Assembly (NCBI GenBank): GCA_963745775.1
Contig: CAVUYY010000012.1
Coordinates: 13,920-77,919, forward strand
Length of the DNA stretch: 64,000 bases
Source: an uncultured Gaiellaceae bacterium
GTDB lineage: Bacteria; Actinomycetota; Thermoleophilia; Gaiellales; Gaiellaceae
Direction of reading: 5' to 3'
Below the pieces are notes generated by a model. The model was not told where the DNA came from. It saw only the letters and a list, made by a program, of their open reading frames with translations, and made no database searches. Of this stretch, positions 11,698 through 22,065 are shown in pieces; positions within the stretch are counted from its first letter, which is position 1, and the number at the start of each line of letters is the position of its first letter. A program made the translations under genes and the position numbers.

Positions 11698-12662
11698 GCG
11701 AGTGCGGCCAGGACCTGCTCGACCCGCTCCTCCACCGAGCCGGTCACGGCCGCGTAGGGGATCCCGCGCCGGTCGAGATCCCGGATCTGCTGCTCCTGGA
11801 ACTCGCCCGACGCTGCGCCCACCATCTCGCGCGTCCCGTCCTGGATCCAGCCGAAGTCGTTGGCGCAGAGGAACCACGTGTAGTCGGCGACGGTGCGATC
11901 GACGAGCTCGTGCAGGCGCGCGTCGGCGGTGCCGTACGAGCGCAGCGACCAGTGCAGCGTCGTCCAGGCGTTCGTGTCGCAGAAGAGGAACCTGCGTGCG
12001 TGCCGGGAGGCGGCGTCCTCGCGCTGCCGTTGCCGTCGTGCCATCTTCAGATGGTCGGCGAACGAGCCCTCGAGGTCCTGCGCCTCCCAGAGCTCCCGGC
12101 CGAACTCGTGCGTCCAGAGCGTGCCGAGCTCCTCTGCCAGCCGCTTTGCGAGCGTGGATTTCCCGGTCGACTCGGTCCCGACGAAGACGACGCGCTCGAT
12201 CAGGGACGAGTAGACGAGCGGATCGAGCCAGCCGCGGTAGGCGTACGGGTCGGAGCGGATCACGGTGCCCGAGGTCGGCACGAGCGTCCGCGCCTCGTCG
12301 ACGAGGACGTGCTGGGCGCCGAGGAGCCCCGCAAAGCGCTCGTAGCCTCGCTCGCTCGAGAACACCTTGTCGAAGCGGCCGAGGAACGCGACGCCTTCCG
12401 CATAGACCTCCGCGTGCGCGGGATCGTCGGCGTCGAGGTGCTCGGCGAGCGGATCGTCGAGCGCGAGGATGTTCTCGACGTCCGGGTAGAGCTCGCGGAG
12501 CCAGCGGAGCCGGAGCTCGATCGGCATCCGCTCTCCGTCGGGCCGGCGGCTGTCGTAGACGACGATCGTCAGGTCGTCCACCTGCGAGAGCGCCGTCTCG
12601 ATCATCAGCTGGTGACCGCGATGGAGCGGCAGGAACTTCCCGAAGACGAGGCCGCGCTTCAT
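11694..12662 (-). CDS. nadR: NadR-type NMN adenylyltransferase / ribosylnicotinamide kinase (no HTH domain)
   Basis: The N-terminal nucleotidyltransferase motif GKFLPLHRGHQ and a later P-loop GTESTGKST match the two-domain NadR layout. Confidence 0.75.
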   Translation of the reverse strand: MKRGLVFGKFLPLHRGHQLMIETALSQVDDLTIVVYDSRRPDGERMPIELRLRWLRELYPDVENILALDDPLAEHLDADDPAHAEVYAEGVAFLGRFDKVFSSERGYERFAGLLGAQHVLVDEARTLVPTSGTVIRSDPYAYRGWLDPLVYSSLIERVVFVGTESTGKSTLAKRLAEELGTLWTHEFGRELWEAQDLEGSFADHLKMARRQRQREDAASRHARRFLFCDTNAWTTLHWSLRSYGTADARLHELVDRTVADYTWFLCANDFGWIQDGTREMVGAASGEFQEQQIRDLDRRGIPYAAVTGSVEERVEQVLAALA

Positions 12663-12828
12663 GCGGCGATGGCCGCGTGCAGGAGCGGGCTTCCGACGTG
12701 GCGCCCGAGCCGATCGATCATCTCGCCTCCTTGTTGGTTTGCCGCTCGCGCGGCTTCGGGCTCCCGACGAGGGGCCCAGGCGGCTCGATCAGGAACGCCG
12801 CCCGTCATGAAGACGCCTTCAGCGTAGC

Positions 12829-13146
12829 TCATTGAGCTTGGTCGTACTTGGCCAGATAGCGCGGATTCGAGACGCGCAGCTTGGCCGCCACCTGCTCCTT
12901 CAGGAGCGCGACTGCGTTCTCGGGGACATCGCCGGCGCGGATCCGGCGGGCGAGCTCCCAGTCCTCCTCGCGTGCGGGCGTGGTCTCCGCGAGCTCGCGC
13001 TCGGCGATCCCGAGCCCGTTGATCGCGACGAGGGTGCGGAACTTGAGCCGGTGGTCGTCGAGCGTGGGGAGGATCTCCGCCTCGAGGAACTCGCGGACGG
13101 CCTCGGCGAGCTCCTGCGGCGTGGGCCGGTCATGCTGGGCGGTCAT
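12829..13146 (-). CDS. Small conserved protein (DUF6285-like) partnered with the upstream kinase
   Basis: Last 105 codons of ORF 12829..13980 ([22 protein letters not shown]...). The ATG overlaps the upstream stop (ATGA). The family name is from memory. Confidence 0.65.
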   Translation of the reverse strand: MTAQHDRPTPQELAEAVREFLEAEILPTLDDHRLKFRTLVAINGLGIAERELAETTPAREEDWELARRIRAGDVPENAVALLKEQVAAKLRVSNPRYLAKYDQAQ

Positions 13147-14060
13147 GCGGCGTGGTCGATGAGGTCGAGCAGCTCGTACTCCATCTCGGCGGCGAGGCGG
13201 CCGAGCACGGCGAGCTCGACCGAGCGCTCCTGCCCGTTGAAGTGCCGCCGCGACTGGGTCAGGCAGCCGGTCGCCCATTTGACGTTGCCGAAGACCTCCC
13301 AGACGACGAGCTCCTCGAGCGAGACCTCGCGGCCGGTCAGCTCGGCGTAGCGCTCGAGGTAGGGCTCGGCGTCCGCGATTCCGCCCAGCCGGCGCTCGTC
13401 GGCGCCGAAGCGCCACGCGCGGACGAGCGGCCAGGCGAGATCCTCGACCGGATCGGCGAGATGCGCGAACTCCCAGTCGAGCACGGCGACGAGGCCGTTC
13501 TCGTCGACCGCGACGTTGCCGATCCGCCAGTCGCCGTGCGAGACGACCGGCTGGCGGTCGCGCGGGAGCCGCTCCTTGACCCAGTGGAGGCCGAGCTCGA
13601 TCGCGGGATGCGGCTCGCCGACCGAGTCGAGCTCGTCGTAGAAACGCGCGACGGCGTCGCCCTGCTCGAGGAACGGGAGCCGCTCGCGCGGGATCGCGTG
13701 GATCTTCGCGAGCTCCTCGGCGAGCTGGAGATCGAGGCCAGGCGGCGGGTTCTTGACGATCCGGCGGCCGATCGTCTCGCCGTGCACGCGCTCCATCACG
13801 AACGCCTCGCGTCCCTCGACGTCGCCGAGGTAGGCGATCGGCTCGGGGACCTTCACGCCCGCCTCGTGCGCGGCGCGGAGCACTTCGAACTCCTGCTCGA
13901 GCGAGAGCGTCGCCTGGTGGATCACGCCGCCGGCGGCGCGTCGGATCAGGAGCTCGCGCCCGCCCGCATCGACCGCCCACGCCTCCTTCGAGGCGCCTCC
14001 CGCCAGCAGCACCGCCCGCTCGACCGGCTCCCCGAGCGCTGCGGCGAAGGCGTCCCTCAA
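13143..14060 (-). CDS. Phosphotransferase family protein (APH/choline-kinase fold)
   Basis: [10 protein letters not shown] ... VLDWEF is the Brenner/APH catalytic motif pair. TTG at 14060 overlaps the upstream stop (TTGA). An alternative GTG start lies 16 codons downstream. Confidence 0.75.
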   Translation of the reverse strand: MRDAFAAALGEPVERAVLLAGGASKEAWAVDAGGRELLIRRAAGGVIHQATLSLEQEFEVLRAAHEAGVKVPEPIAYLGDVEGREAFVMERVHGETIGRRIVKNPPPGLDLQLAEELAKIHAIPRERLPFLEQGDAVARFYDELDSVGEPHPAIELGLHWVKERLPRDRQPVVSHGDWRIGNVAVDENGLVAVLDWEFAHLADPVEDLAWPLVRAWRFGADERRLGGIADAEPYLERYAELTGREVSLEELVVWEVFGNVKWATGCLTQSRRHFNGQERSVELAVLGRLAAEMEYELLDLIDHAA

Positions 14061-15055
14061 AGCACGAGCTCCGCCATCACCTGGAGCGCCTCGGGCTGCC
14101 TGACCTGGAGCACCATCGTCGAGATCTCCGCTTCGCGCCAGGCCTCGAGCCGCTCCGCGATCCGCTCCTTCGGCCCGACGAGCGCGACCTCGTCGACGAG
14201 CTCGTCCGGAACGGCCATCGCCGCCTCGCCCTTCTGCCCGTCGAGATACAGCTCCTGGATCCGAGCCGCGGCCTCCTCGTAGCCGTAGCGCTGGGTGAGC
14301 GTGTTGTAGAAGTTCTTCCCGCGCGCGCCCATGCCGCCGACGTAGAGCGCGAGCATCGGCTTCAGCAGGTCGCGGCACATCTGGACGTCGTCGCCGACGA
14401 CGACGGGGCAGAGTGGAGCCACGTCGAAGCCGTCGCGCGCGTGCTCGAGCGAGGGGCCGTGCACCTCCTGGAAGCGCTGCGGCGAGAAGAAGATCGGGAT
14501 CCAGCCGTCCGCGATCTCGGCCGCGAGCGCGACGCTCTTCGGCCCGATCACTGCGAGGTAGATCGGGACGTCGGCGCGCAGCGGCTTCACGATCAGCTTC
14601 AGCGGCTTGCCGAGCCCGGTCGCGCCGTCGCCGGAGTAGGGGATGTCGTAGTGCGGGCCGTGGTGCTCGACGGTCTCGCGGCGGAGCGCCGAGCGGACGA
14701 TCTCGACGTACTCGCGCGTGCGGCCGAGGGGCTTTCCCCAGGCGACGCCGTGCCAGCCCTCGACGACCTGCGGGCCGGAGGTGCCGAGTCCGAGGAGGAC
14801 GCGGCCGCCGGAGAGGTGGTCGAGCGTCGCGACGGTCATCGCCGTCGCGGCCGGGGTGCGTGCCGGCATCTGCATGATCGCGGTGCCGATCCCGATCTGC
14901 TCGGTGGTCGCGGCGATCCAGCTCGCGACGGTGACGGCGTCCGTGCCGTACGCCTCGGACGTCCAGGCGGAGTGGAAGCCGAGCCGGTCGGCCTCCTGCG
15001 CGAGCGCGACGGCGGACTTCGGATCGTCGTAGCCGAGCTGGAGGCCGAGCTTCAT
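14057..15055 (-). CDS. LLM-class (luciferase-like) F420-dependent oxidoreductase
   Basis: 332 aa. MKLGLQLGY ... [13 protein letters not shown] ... [16 protein letters not shown] is typical of F420-dependent LLM enzymes. Confidence 0.85.
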   Translation of the reverse strand: MKLGLQLGYDDPKSAVALAQEADRLGFHSAWTSEAYGTDAVTVASWIAATTEQIGIGTAIMQMPARTPAATAMTVATLDHLSGGRVLLGLGTSGPQVVEGWHGVAWGKPLGRTREYVEIVRSALRRETVEHHGPHYDIPYSGDGATGLGKPLKLIVKPLRADVPIYLAVIGPKSVALAAEIADGWIPIFFSPQRFQEVHGPSLEHARDGFDVAPLCPVVVGDDVQMCRDLLKPMLALYVGGMGARGKNFYNTLTQRYGYEEAAARIQELYLDGQKGEAAMAVPDELVDEVALVGPKERIAERLEAWREAEISTMVLQVRQPEALQVMAELVL

Positions 15056-15071
15056 CCGGCGATCCTAATTC

Positions 15072-15094
15072 CTGGCTGAGGAACGCTCAGCCAG
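15072..15094 (-). terminator. Perfect 9-bp hairpin at the 3' end of the sigma/anti-sigma operon
   Basis: CTGGCTGAG-gaacg-CTCAGCCAG. One arm contains the anti-sigma stop codon. No U tract follows, so this may be a stabiliser rather than a terminator. Confidence 0.4.
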
Positions 15095-16277
15095 AGGCGC
15101 CGGGTTGCGTCACCCTCCGCTGGCCGCTGCCGTCGGCGTTCATCACGTAGACCCCGTACTTGCCGTCGCGGTTGCTGACGAAGGCGAGCTTCCGCCCGTT
15201 CGGCGACCAGGTGGGATCGGCGTCGAACGCCGGGTTGCGCGTCAGGTTCCGCTGCCCGCTCCCGTTGGCGTTCATGACGTAGATCTCGGAGTTGCCGTCG
15301 CGGTCACTGACGAAGGCGAGCTTCCGCCCGTCGGGCGACCAGACAGGACCGGAGTGGATCCCCACCGGCTTCGGCGTCAGGTTCCGCAGCCCGCTGCCGT
15401 CGGCGTTCACGACGTAGATCGGATTCCAATCCCCGATGCTGGTGTTGAGTCGCACGAATGCGAGCTTCCGCCCGTCGGGCGACCAGGCAGGATCGGATGC
15501 GGGACCGCGCCCAGGACCACTGCTGTGGCCGGCCAGCTTCGACGTCAGGTTCCGCAGTCCGCTCCCGTCGCTCTCCACGACATAGAGGCTGAAGCAGAAG
15601 TCGCCGCAGCCTGATTGGCTGAGGAAGGCGAGATTCCGTCCGTCGGGCGACCACGCAAGAGATCGCTGCCGCCCTCCCACCACCGGCTTCGTCAGGCGCC
15701 GGTGCTCGCTCCCGTCGGCGTTCATGAGGTAGATGTTGGGGCCGCTGAAGAACGCGATCTTCCGCCCGTCGGGCGACCAGGCAGGAGCGTGCCCGTTGCG
15801 CGCCAGCCTCCGCTGCCCGCCTCCGTCGGCGTTCACGACGTAAACGCCGGTGGTGCCGTTGCGGACGCTTTCGAAGGCGAGCTTCCGCCCGTCGGGCGAC
15901 CAGGCAGGAGTGGCGGAGTTGCTCGCGTCGCGCGTCAGCCTCCGCTGCCCGCTCCCGTCGGCGTTCATGACGTAGAGCGCCTTGTTGCCGTCGCGCCGGC
16001 TCAAGAAGGCGATCCGGCGACCGTCGGGCGACCAGGCAGGAGTCTGAACGTCGGGCCGCCCGGGTGGGCTCTGGATCAGCTCGAGGAGGCGACTGCCGAT
16101 GCTGAGCGCCGGCGTTACGAGCAGCCCGCCCACGAGGATCACGGAAGCGACAGCGACCACGCTCCGGCGCGTGGTTCGCGGCGAACGCCGCCCGGCTTCG
16201 ACGTGCGCGCTAAGCAGGGAGCGCTGCCGCTGGGCTGCCTCCTCGGGAAGCGGAAACTCGTTGGGAATCTCGGTCAT
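15087..16277 (-). CDS. Membrane-anchored PD40 (TolB-like beta-propeller) repeat protein, probable anti-sigma factor
   Basis: Cytoplasmic N-terminus, one TM ([15 protein letters not shown]), then about 8 repeats of the [12 protein letters not shown]...YVMNADGSG type. The ATG overlaps the sigma-factor stop (ATGA). Confidence 0.8.
   Translation of the reverse strand: MTEIPNEFPLPEEAAQRQRSLLSAHVEAGRRSPRTTRRSVVAVASVILVGGLLVTPALSIGSRLLELIQSPPGRPDVQTPAWSPDGRRIAFLSRRDGNKALYVMNADGSGQRRLTRDASNSATPAWSPDGRKLAFESVRNGTTGVYVVNADGGGQRRLARNGHAPAWSPDGRKIAFFSGPNIYLMNADGSEHRRLTKPVVGGRQRSLAWSPDGRNLAFLSQSGCGDFCFSLYVVESDGSGLRNLTSKLAGHSSGPGRGPASDPAWSPDGRKLAFVRLNTSIGDWNPIYVVNADGSGLRNLTPKPVGIHSGPVWSPDGRKLAFVSDRDGNSEIYVMNANGSGQRNLTRNPAFDADPTWSPNGRKLAFVSNRDGKYGVYVMNADGSGQRRVTQPGASG
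15105..16050 (-). repeat. In-frame coding repeats (PD40 blades)
   Basis: The string cgtcggcgttca(t/c)ga(c/g)gta recurs at least 5 times at roughly 110-135-nt intervals. All copies are in the reading frame of the PD40 protein. Confidence 0.7.
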
Positions 16278-16882
16278 GTCTCTGCGATCCTCTCCGGCTC
16301 CATCTCGACCTGCTTATGTCGCGGAGCGCCGTCGAGTTCCGCCAGGGGGGAGTCCAGGGAGGCGCGAGCTCGCGAGAGGCGCGAGCGGACGGTCCCGACC
16401 GGCACGCCCAGGGCGGCGGCGGCTTCCTCGTAGCTGAGTCCGGACCAGACGCAGAGGGCGATGACGTCCTGCTGCTGGCGCGGCAACTTGGCGATCCGCT
16501 TCAAGACCGAACGCATCTGCTCGGCGGCTTCCGAGCGGGCGGCGGCGTCGGGCGTCACGTCGGTGCCCGGCTGGCTCGCCAACTGTGCGACCAGATGGCG
16601 GTGACGCCAGAGCGCGCGCCGGCGATTGCGAAGCACGTTCGTCGCGATCCCGTAGAGCCAGGGCAGAAGCTTGCCCTCGACGACGACGACGTCCGATCGC
16701 CGCCGGAATGCCTCGAGAAACACGACCGCGGTGAGATCCTCCGCCTCCGACCAGTCGGCCAGGCGGCGGAAGAGGTAGTTGTAGATCGTGCGTGCGTGAC
16801 GCTCGTAGAGCTCGGTGAACGCACGCTGGTCGCCGTTTGCGCTCGCCTGCAGGAGGGACTCGTCGCTCGGACTGAGCGGCAT
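16274..16882 (-). CDS. ECF-type RNA polymerase sigma factor
   Basis: Region 2 ([31 protein letters not shown]) and region 4 ([24 protein letters not shown]). Start taken at Met7 of ORF 16274..16900. Confidence 0.85.
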   Translation of the reverse strand: MPLSPSDESLLQASANGDQRAFTELYERHARTIYNYLFRRLADWSEAEDLTAVVFLEAFRRRSDVVVVEGKLLPWLYGIATNVLRNRRRALWRHRHLVAQLASQPGTDVTPDAAARSEAAEQMRSVLKRIAKLPRQQQDVIALCVWSGLSYEEAAAALGVPVGTVRSRLSRARASLDSPLAELDGAPRHKQVEMEPERIAET

Positions 16883-16977
16883 TCGGCGATCACCGGTCAC
16901 ACGGAGCTGATGTTCGCGTGACCTCGAAAAGTTCCATTTGGCTCAAGATCACTGTCCGTCTGGCGAAGAGTCTGGCT

Positions 16978-17655
16978 CTAGAGCTGCGGCACCATTCCCT
17001 CGGCGCCCTCGACGCGCGGGCCTGGGACGTTCGGGAACTTGAACTTCAGCGGCTCGCGGCCGGGCTGGCAAACCCACGCCTGGCCGGTCTCCTCGCTCCG
17101 GCCGGCGGCCAGGATCGCGGCGGCGATCTGCTCGGGCTCCATCAGCGGGAAGCCGGCGGCGTCGAGCGTCGGTTGCGCGTCCTCGGTCATCGGCGTCCGC
17201 ACGATCCCGGGGCAGACGAGGTTGATCCGGATCCCGCGCGGCTCGAGCAGCGGCGCCATCGAGCGCGCGTAGCCGACGACGGCGTGCTTCGTGAGCACGT
17301 AGAGCGGATCCGACTCCATCGGGATCAGGCCGGCGAGCGACGCCGTGACGACGAACGCGCTTCCTTCGGCCATCCTCGGCGCGAGCGCCTGGACGCCGAA
17401 GACGACGCCGTCGACGTTGACCGCGAGGATCCGCCGGTAGTCGTCGATCGTTCCGTCGCCCTTCGCGAGCACACCGGCGTTCAGGCAGACGAGGTCCGCC
17501 GCTTCGACGCCGAGCCACGCCTGCGGATCGGAGACGTCGAAGCCGTCGGCGAGATCGAGCCCGCGCACCTCCGCCCCCTCGGACTCGAGCAGCTCCACGA
17601 GGGCGCGGCCGATCCCGCCGGCCGCGCCCGTCACGACAGCGGTCTCAGGGAACAA
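16978..17655 (-). CDS. SDR family oxidoreductase
   Basis: TGAAGGIG Rossmann motif and YVLTKHAV (YxxxK). TTG start. Confidence 0.85.
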   Translation of the reverse strand: MFPETAVVTGAAGGIGRALVELLESEGAEVRGLDLADGFDVSDPQAWLGVEAADLVCLNAGVLAKGDGTIDDYRRILAVNVDGVVFGVQALAPRMAEGSAFVVTASLAGLIPMESDPLYVLTKHAVVGYARSMAPLLEPRGIRINLVCPGIVRTPMTEDAQPTLDAAGFPLMEPEQIAAAILAAGRSEETGQAWVCQPGREPLKFKFPNVPGPRVEGAEGMVPQL

Positions 17656-18558
17656 GAACGACCTTGCCGGTCGAGCGGCGCGACGGCGACAGCTCGTGCG
17701 CGGCCTGCGCCTCTGCGAGCGGATACTCGGCTCCGACGACGGGCCGGATCGAGCCGCGCCGCCAGAGCGCGATCAGCTCACGTGCCTGATCCTGAACGAG
17801 CCGAGGCTCGAAGCGCATCAGCCGCCCGAGGTAGAAGCCCTGCACGCCGACATTGCGGCCGACGAGCCGCGCCGGGTCGACCGGTTCCCACGCGCCGCCG
17901 GCGAAGCCGATTCCGATCGCGACCCCGAGCGGCCGCAACGTCTTCAGGCAGGCCGAGAAGACCGGCCCGCCGACGGGATCGAGCGCCACGTCGACGTCGT
18001 CGAGCTCGCCGATCTCGTCGTAGGAGATCGTCGCCTCGGCGCCCAGTTCCCGCGCGAGCGCGTGCTTCTCCTCGGAGCCGGCCGCCGCCGTGACGCGCGC
18101 GCCGAGATGGCGCGCGATCTGGATCGCTGCCGTGCCCACACCTCCGCCCGCCGCGGTCACGAGCACGTGCGAGCCCGGCCGGATGTGCGCCTGGCGGACG
18201 AACGGGAGCCAGGCAGTCAGGAACGTCGTCAGGAAGGATGCGCCCTCGGCGTAGCTCGCCTCCGGCGGCAGGTCGAATAGCCACTCGTCGTCGACGGCAA
18301 CCCGCTCCGCATAGCCACCCGCCGGTTCCGGGCGAATCCGAGCACGCGGCGGCCGTCGAGGTCGCCGGAGATCTCGTTTCCGAGCACGGCCGGCAGCGGC
18401 GGCGGCTGCGGATAGTGACCGAGCCGGATCAGGACGTCCGCGAAGTTGATCCCCGACGCACGCACCTCCACCAGCGACTGTCCCTCGGCCGGGTCTGGCT
18501 CGGGCATGTCCTCTACGGCCAGCGGGCCGCCGATCTCGTGGAGGACGGCCGCCTTCAT
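17645..18558 (-). pseudogene. NADPH:quinone oxidoreductase / zinc-type ADH family, one frame change
   Basis: The N-terminus MKAAVLHEIGGPLAVEDMPEP...VLGNEISGDLDGRRVLGF is in the frame of ORF 18229..19308. The rest (PAGGYAERVAVDDEWLFDLP...VLVTAAGGGVGTAAIQIA...) is in the frame of ORF 17645..18166. The length of 914 nt equals 3n-1. The switch lies near 18328-18335, in a C run. Confidence 0.75.
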
Positions 18559-19345
18559 CGACCGGTGAATTGCGGCTTGCGCTTCTCGAGGAACGCCGTC
18601 ACGCCCTCGGTGCCGTCCTCGCTCCCGAGGATGCGGAGAAACGCCTGAGCCTCGGCCCGAAGCCCCTGTGCGAGGCTGAGATCGCGCGTCTCCGAGGCCA
18701 GCTGCTTGACGATTCCCATCGCGAACGGCGAGCGCTCGGAGAGCGTCCGCGCCAGCTCGAGCGCCGCATCCATCAGCTCCGCCCTCGGCACGGCCCGTTC
18801 GACGAGCCCCCACTCGTACGCCTGCGCGCCTGAGATCGGATCGCCGCTCAGGTTGAGATAGAGCGCGCGGCCGTGACCGACGAGCCGTGGCAGCCGCTGC
18901 GTGCCGCCCGCGCCGGGGATCAGGCCGAGCTTGATCTCCGGCTGCCCGAGTTGCGCGTCCTCGGCCGCGATCCTGATGTCGCAGGCCATCGCGAGCTCGA
19001 GCCCGCCACCGAGGCAGTAGCCGTGGATCGCGGCGATCACCGGGGTGCGACCCGCGTCCATCCGCCCGCCGAGCTTCTGGATCCCGCGCGCCGAGCCGCC
19101 CTCGGCGGCCTCCTCGATCGCCGCGCGCAGCGCCGGGAACTCGGAGATGTCGGCGCCTGCGACGAACGCCTTCTCGCCGGCGCCGCGGAAGACGAGCGCG
19201 CGGATCTCGTCGGAGCGGTCGAGGCGGTCGTACTCCTCCTCGAGCTCCTCGACGAGCTGGCTGACGAGAGGGCGTTGACGGGCGGGTGGTCGAGCGTGAC
19301 GATCGCAACGGCGCCGTCCTCCTCGACCTTCACGAGCTCTGCCAT
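18555..19345 (-). pseudogene. Enoyl-CoA hydratase (crotonase), one frame change
   Basis: MAELVKVEEDGAVAIVTLDHPPVNALS (ORF 19037..19345) continues as QLVEELEEEYDRL...FVAGADISEF...GYCLGGGLELAMACD in the frame of ORF 18555..19892. The switch lies near 19260-19267. Confidence 0.75.
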
Positions 19346-19363
19346 GAATCTCCTTTTGAGTAG

Positions 19364-20053
19364 TTAACGAGGTCCCATGCGAAGGGCTCCGTCGAGGCGG
19401 ATCACCTCGCCGTTCAGGTACTCGTTCTCGACGATGTGCTTGACGAGCGCGGCGAAGTCCTCGGCCCGGCCGAGCCGCTTCGGGAACGGGATCTGCGACT
19501 CGAGGCTCGAGCGGATGTCGTCGCGCATCGGGCCGAGCATCGGCGTGTCCGACGGTCCCGGCGCGATCGTGACGACCCGGATCCCCTTCGAGGCGAGATC
19601 GCGCGCGACCGGCAGCGTCATCCCGGCGACGCCGGCCTTCGACGCCGAATAGGCGGCCTGGCCGATCTGCCCGTCGAAGGCGGCGTTCGAGGCGGTGTTC
19701 ACGATCACCCCGCGCGTGCCCTCCTCGTCCGGCTCGCCCTCGGCCATCTTCGCGGCCGCCAGCGAGAGGACGTTGAAGGTGCCGATCAGGTTCACCTCGA
19801 TCACCTTGCGGAAGCGGTCGAGCGGGAAGCCGATCACGCGGGCGCCGCCGCCGATCCCAGCGCAGTTGACCGCGCCGTGGAGCTCGTCGCACGAGTCCAC
19901 GAGCGCACCCACGGCGTCCGCATCCGTGACGTCCGTCTCCGGCAGATCGGCGATCACGACCCGGGCGCCCTCGCGCTCGAGCAGCGCCGCCGTCGCCTCT
20001 CCGAGCCCCGAAAGACCACCGGTGACGAGGAACGTCTTGTCGCGAATCCTCAC
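19364..20053 (-). CDS. 3-hydroxyacyl-CoA dehydrogenase-type SDR
   Basis: [17 protein letters not shown] and YSASKAGV motifs. It resembles HSD17B10/FadB2-type short-chain dehydrogenases. Confidence 0.85.
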   Translation of the reverse strand: MRIRDKTFLVTGGLSGLGEATAALLEREGARVVIADLPETDVTDADAVGALVDSCDELHGAVNCAGIGGGARVIGFPLDRFRKVIEVNLIGTFNVLSLAAAKMAEGEPDEEGTRGVIVNTASNAAFDGQIGQAAYSASKAGVAGMTLPVARDLASKGIRVVTIAPGPSDTPMLGPMRDDIRSSLESQIPFPKRLGRAEDFAALVKHIVENEYLNGEVIRLDGALRMGPR

Positions 20054-20063
20054 TGAGTCGTTG

Positions 20064-21666
20064 TCATTGGGCGACAGGCGACGTCGGGAACTGCTCGCGC
20101 AGCGCCGTCTTGCGGAACTTGCCGACGGCCGTCTTCGGGATCTCGTCCACGAACACGTACGCGTCCGGGAGCCAGAACTTCGCGAAGTCCGGAGCGAGGA
20201 ACTCGCGCAACTCCTCGGGGCTCGCGCTCTTCCCCTCGCGGCAGACGCAGACCGCGAGCGGCCGCTCGTCCCACTTCTCGTGCGGGATCGAGATCACCGC
20301 CGCTTCGGCGATGCACGGGTGCGCCATCAGCGCGTTCTCGAGGTCGACCGAGGAGATCCACTCGCCGCCGGACTTGATCACGTCCTTCGAGCGATCCTTG
20401 ATCATCACGTAGCCCTTCGGATGGAAGGACGCGATGTCGCCGGTCTTGAACCAGCCGTCGTCCGTCCAGCGGTCTGCCTGCTCGGGCGTGTCGTAGTAGC
20501 CGGCTGCGACCCAGGGGCCGCGCACGTGGAGCTCGCCCATCGCTTCGCCGTCCCAGGGAATCTCGTTGCCGTCGTCGTCGATCGCACGGAGCTCGACGAG
20601 CGGGAGCGGGAGGCCCTGCATCGCGACGACGTCGAGCTGCGTCTCCTCGTCGGCGTCGCGGAACTCGGCGACGTAGTCGGAAGCGGTGGCGAGCGGTGAG
20701 GTCTCGGTCATGCCCCAGCCGTGCACGACGGTCTTCCCGTGCCGCTGGCGGAAGCCCGCGATCATCGCGCGCGGTGCCGCCGAGCCGCCGACGAGCATCG
20801 AGTGCAGCGTCGAGAGATCCCAGCGGTCGGGCTCGGCGTCGAGCATCCCGAGGATCCCCATCCAGATCGTGGGCACACCCGCCGTGATCGTGACGCGCTG
20901 CTGCTCGAAGTCCTCGAGCAGCGTCTCCGGATCGAGGAAGGGGCCGGGGAAGACGAGCTTCGCGCCGACCATCAGGCACGTGTACGGATAGCCCCACGCG
21001 TTCGCGTGGAACATCGGCACGACCGGCAGGAACGTCTCCTTCTCGGTCACGTGGAGGCCGAGCGGCGCCGCGAGCGCCTCACCGAGCGTGTGCAGGACGG
21101 TCGAGCGGTGCGAGTAGAGGACGCCTTTCGGCATGCCCGTGGTGCCGCTCGTGTAGCACATGGCCGCGGCGGTGTCCTCGTCGAGCCTCGGATCCTCGTA
21201 GGCGTCCGCGTCGGCTCCCGCGAGCAACTCCTCGTAGGAATCCTCGACGACGAAGACGTGCTCGATCGACGTCTTGTCCGCGAACTGCTCCCAGAGCGGC
21301 AGCAGGCTCCGATCGACGATCACGACCTTGTCGTTCGCATGCGTCGCGATGTAGCCGAGGTCGTTCGGGTGCAGCCGCAGGTTGAGCGTGTGGAGGACGT
21401 AGCCCGCGCAGGGAATCCCGAGATACGCCTCGAGGTGCTGGTAGTGGTTCCAGCAGAGGGTGGCGACGCGGTCGCCCGGCTCGAGCCCGAGGCCCTTTCA
21501 GAGCCACCGCGAGCTGCCGGGCGCGCTTGCCGAAGTCGGCGAACGTGTAGGTGTGGAAGCTCCGGTCCGGCATCCGCGTCACGATCTCCTGGTGGGGGAA
21601 GTACGTCTCCGCGCGCTTGAGGATCGTGGGCAGCGTCAGCTGGAAGTCCATCATCAGGCCGTTCAC
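20064..21666 (-). pseudogene. Medium/long-chain fatty-acid--CoA ligase, one frame change
   Basis: The first 57 codons (VNGLMMDFQLTLPTILKRAETYF...RQLAVALK) are in the frame of ORF 21079..23613. The remainder (GLGLEPGDRVATLCWNHYQH..., AMP-binding motif YTSGTTGMPKGV) is in the ORF 20064..21323 frame. There is one extra base near 21490-21496. AAGGAGG sits 8 nt upstream of the GTG. Confidence 0.8.
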
Positions 21667-22065
21667 GACGTTGTCCTCCTTCGTGCTGAGGCTCTGCCGA
21701 AGGGCGAGCTCCTCGTCGCTCGTCACGTGGCCGTCGCGCTCCACGTAGCCGTCCTTGCCGCCGACGACCAGGAGCACGAGCTCGTCGTCGCCGACGTTCG
21801 AGATCCGGCGCGGGGTGGTCGACTCGACGTGAAAGAGGCCTCCAGGGCCGAGTGTCCGCTCCTCGCCGTCCACCTCGACCCGCGCCGTGCCGCTGTGGAC
21901 GAAGTAGAGCTCGTCCTGGGTGTCGTGGTAGTGGTGGACGCCGGGAAAGCCGGGGGGATAGACGACGCCGTTGACCCCGAATGCGGTGATCCCCATCGGG
22001 CCGCGGATCTTGCGGAAGCCGGGGCCGTCGCCCAGCTCGTCGAGCGACGAAAACGCATGAGTCAT
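21667..22065 (-). CDS. Cupin-domain protein (no stop codon before the ligase start)
   Basis: 133 codons, MTHAFSS...GVHHYHDTQDELYFVHSG...GGLFHV (cupin motifs 1 and 2). The ATG shares one base with the upstream stop (TGATG). The frame runs straight into the ligase GTG at 21666. Confidence 0.6.

Noticed and set aside
15100-16050. Regularly spaced repeated DNA strings that at first glance could be a CRISPR-like or tandem-repeat locus.
   Set aside because: The repeats are imperfect, have no unique spacers of constant length, and are all in frame within the PD40 beta-propeller gene. They are protein-domain repeats.
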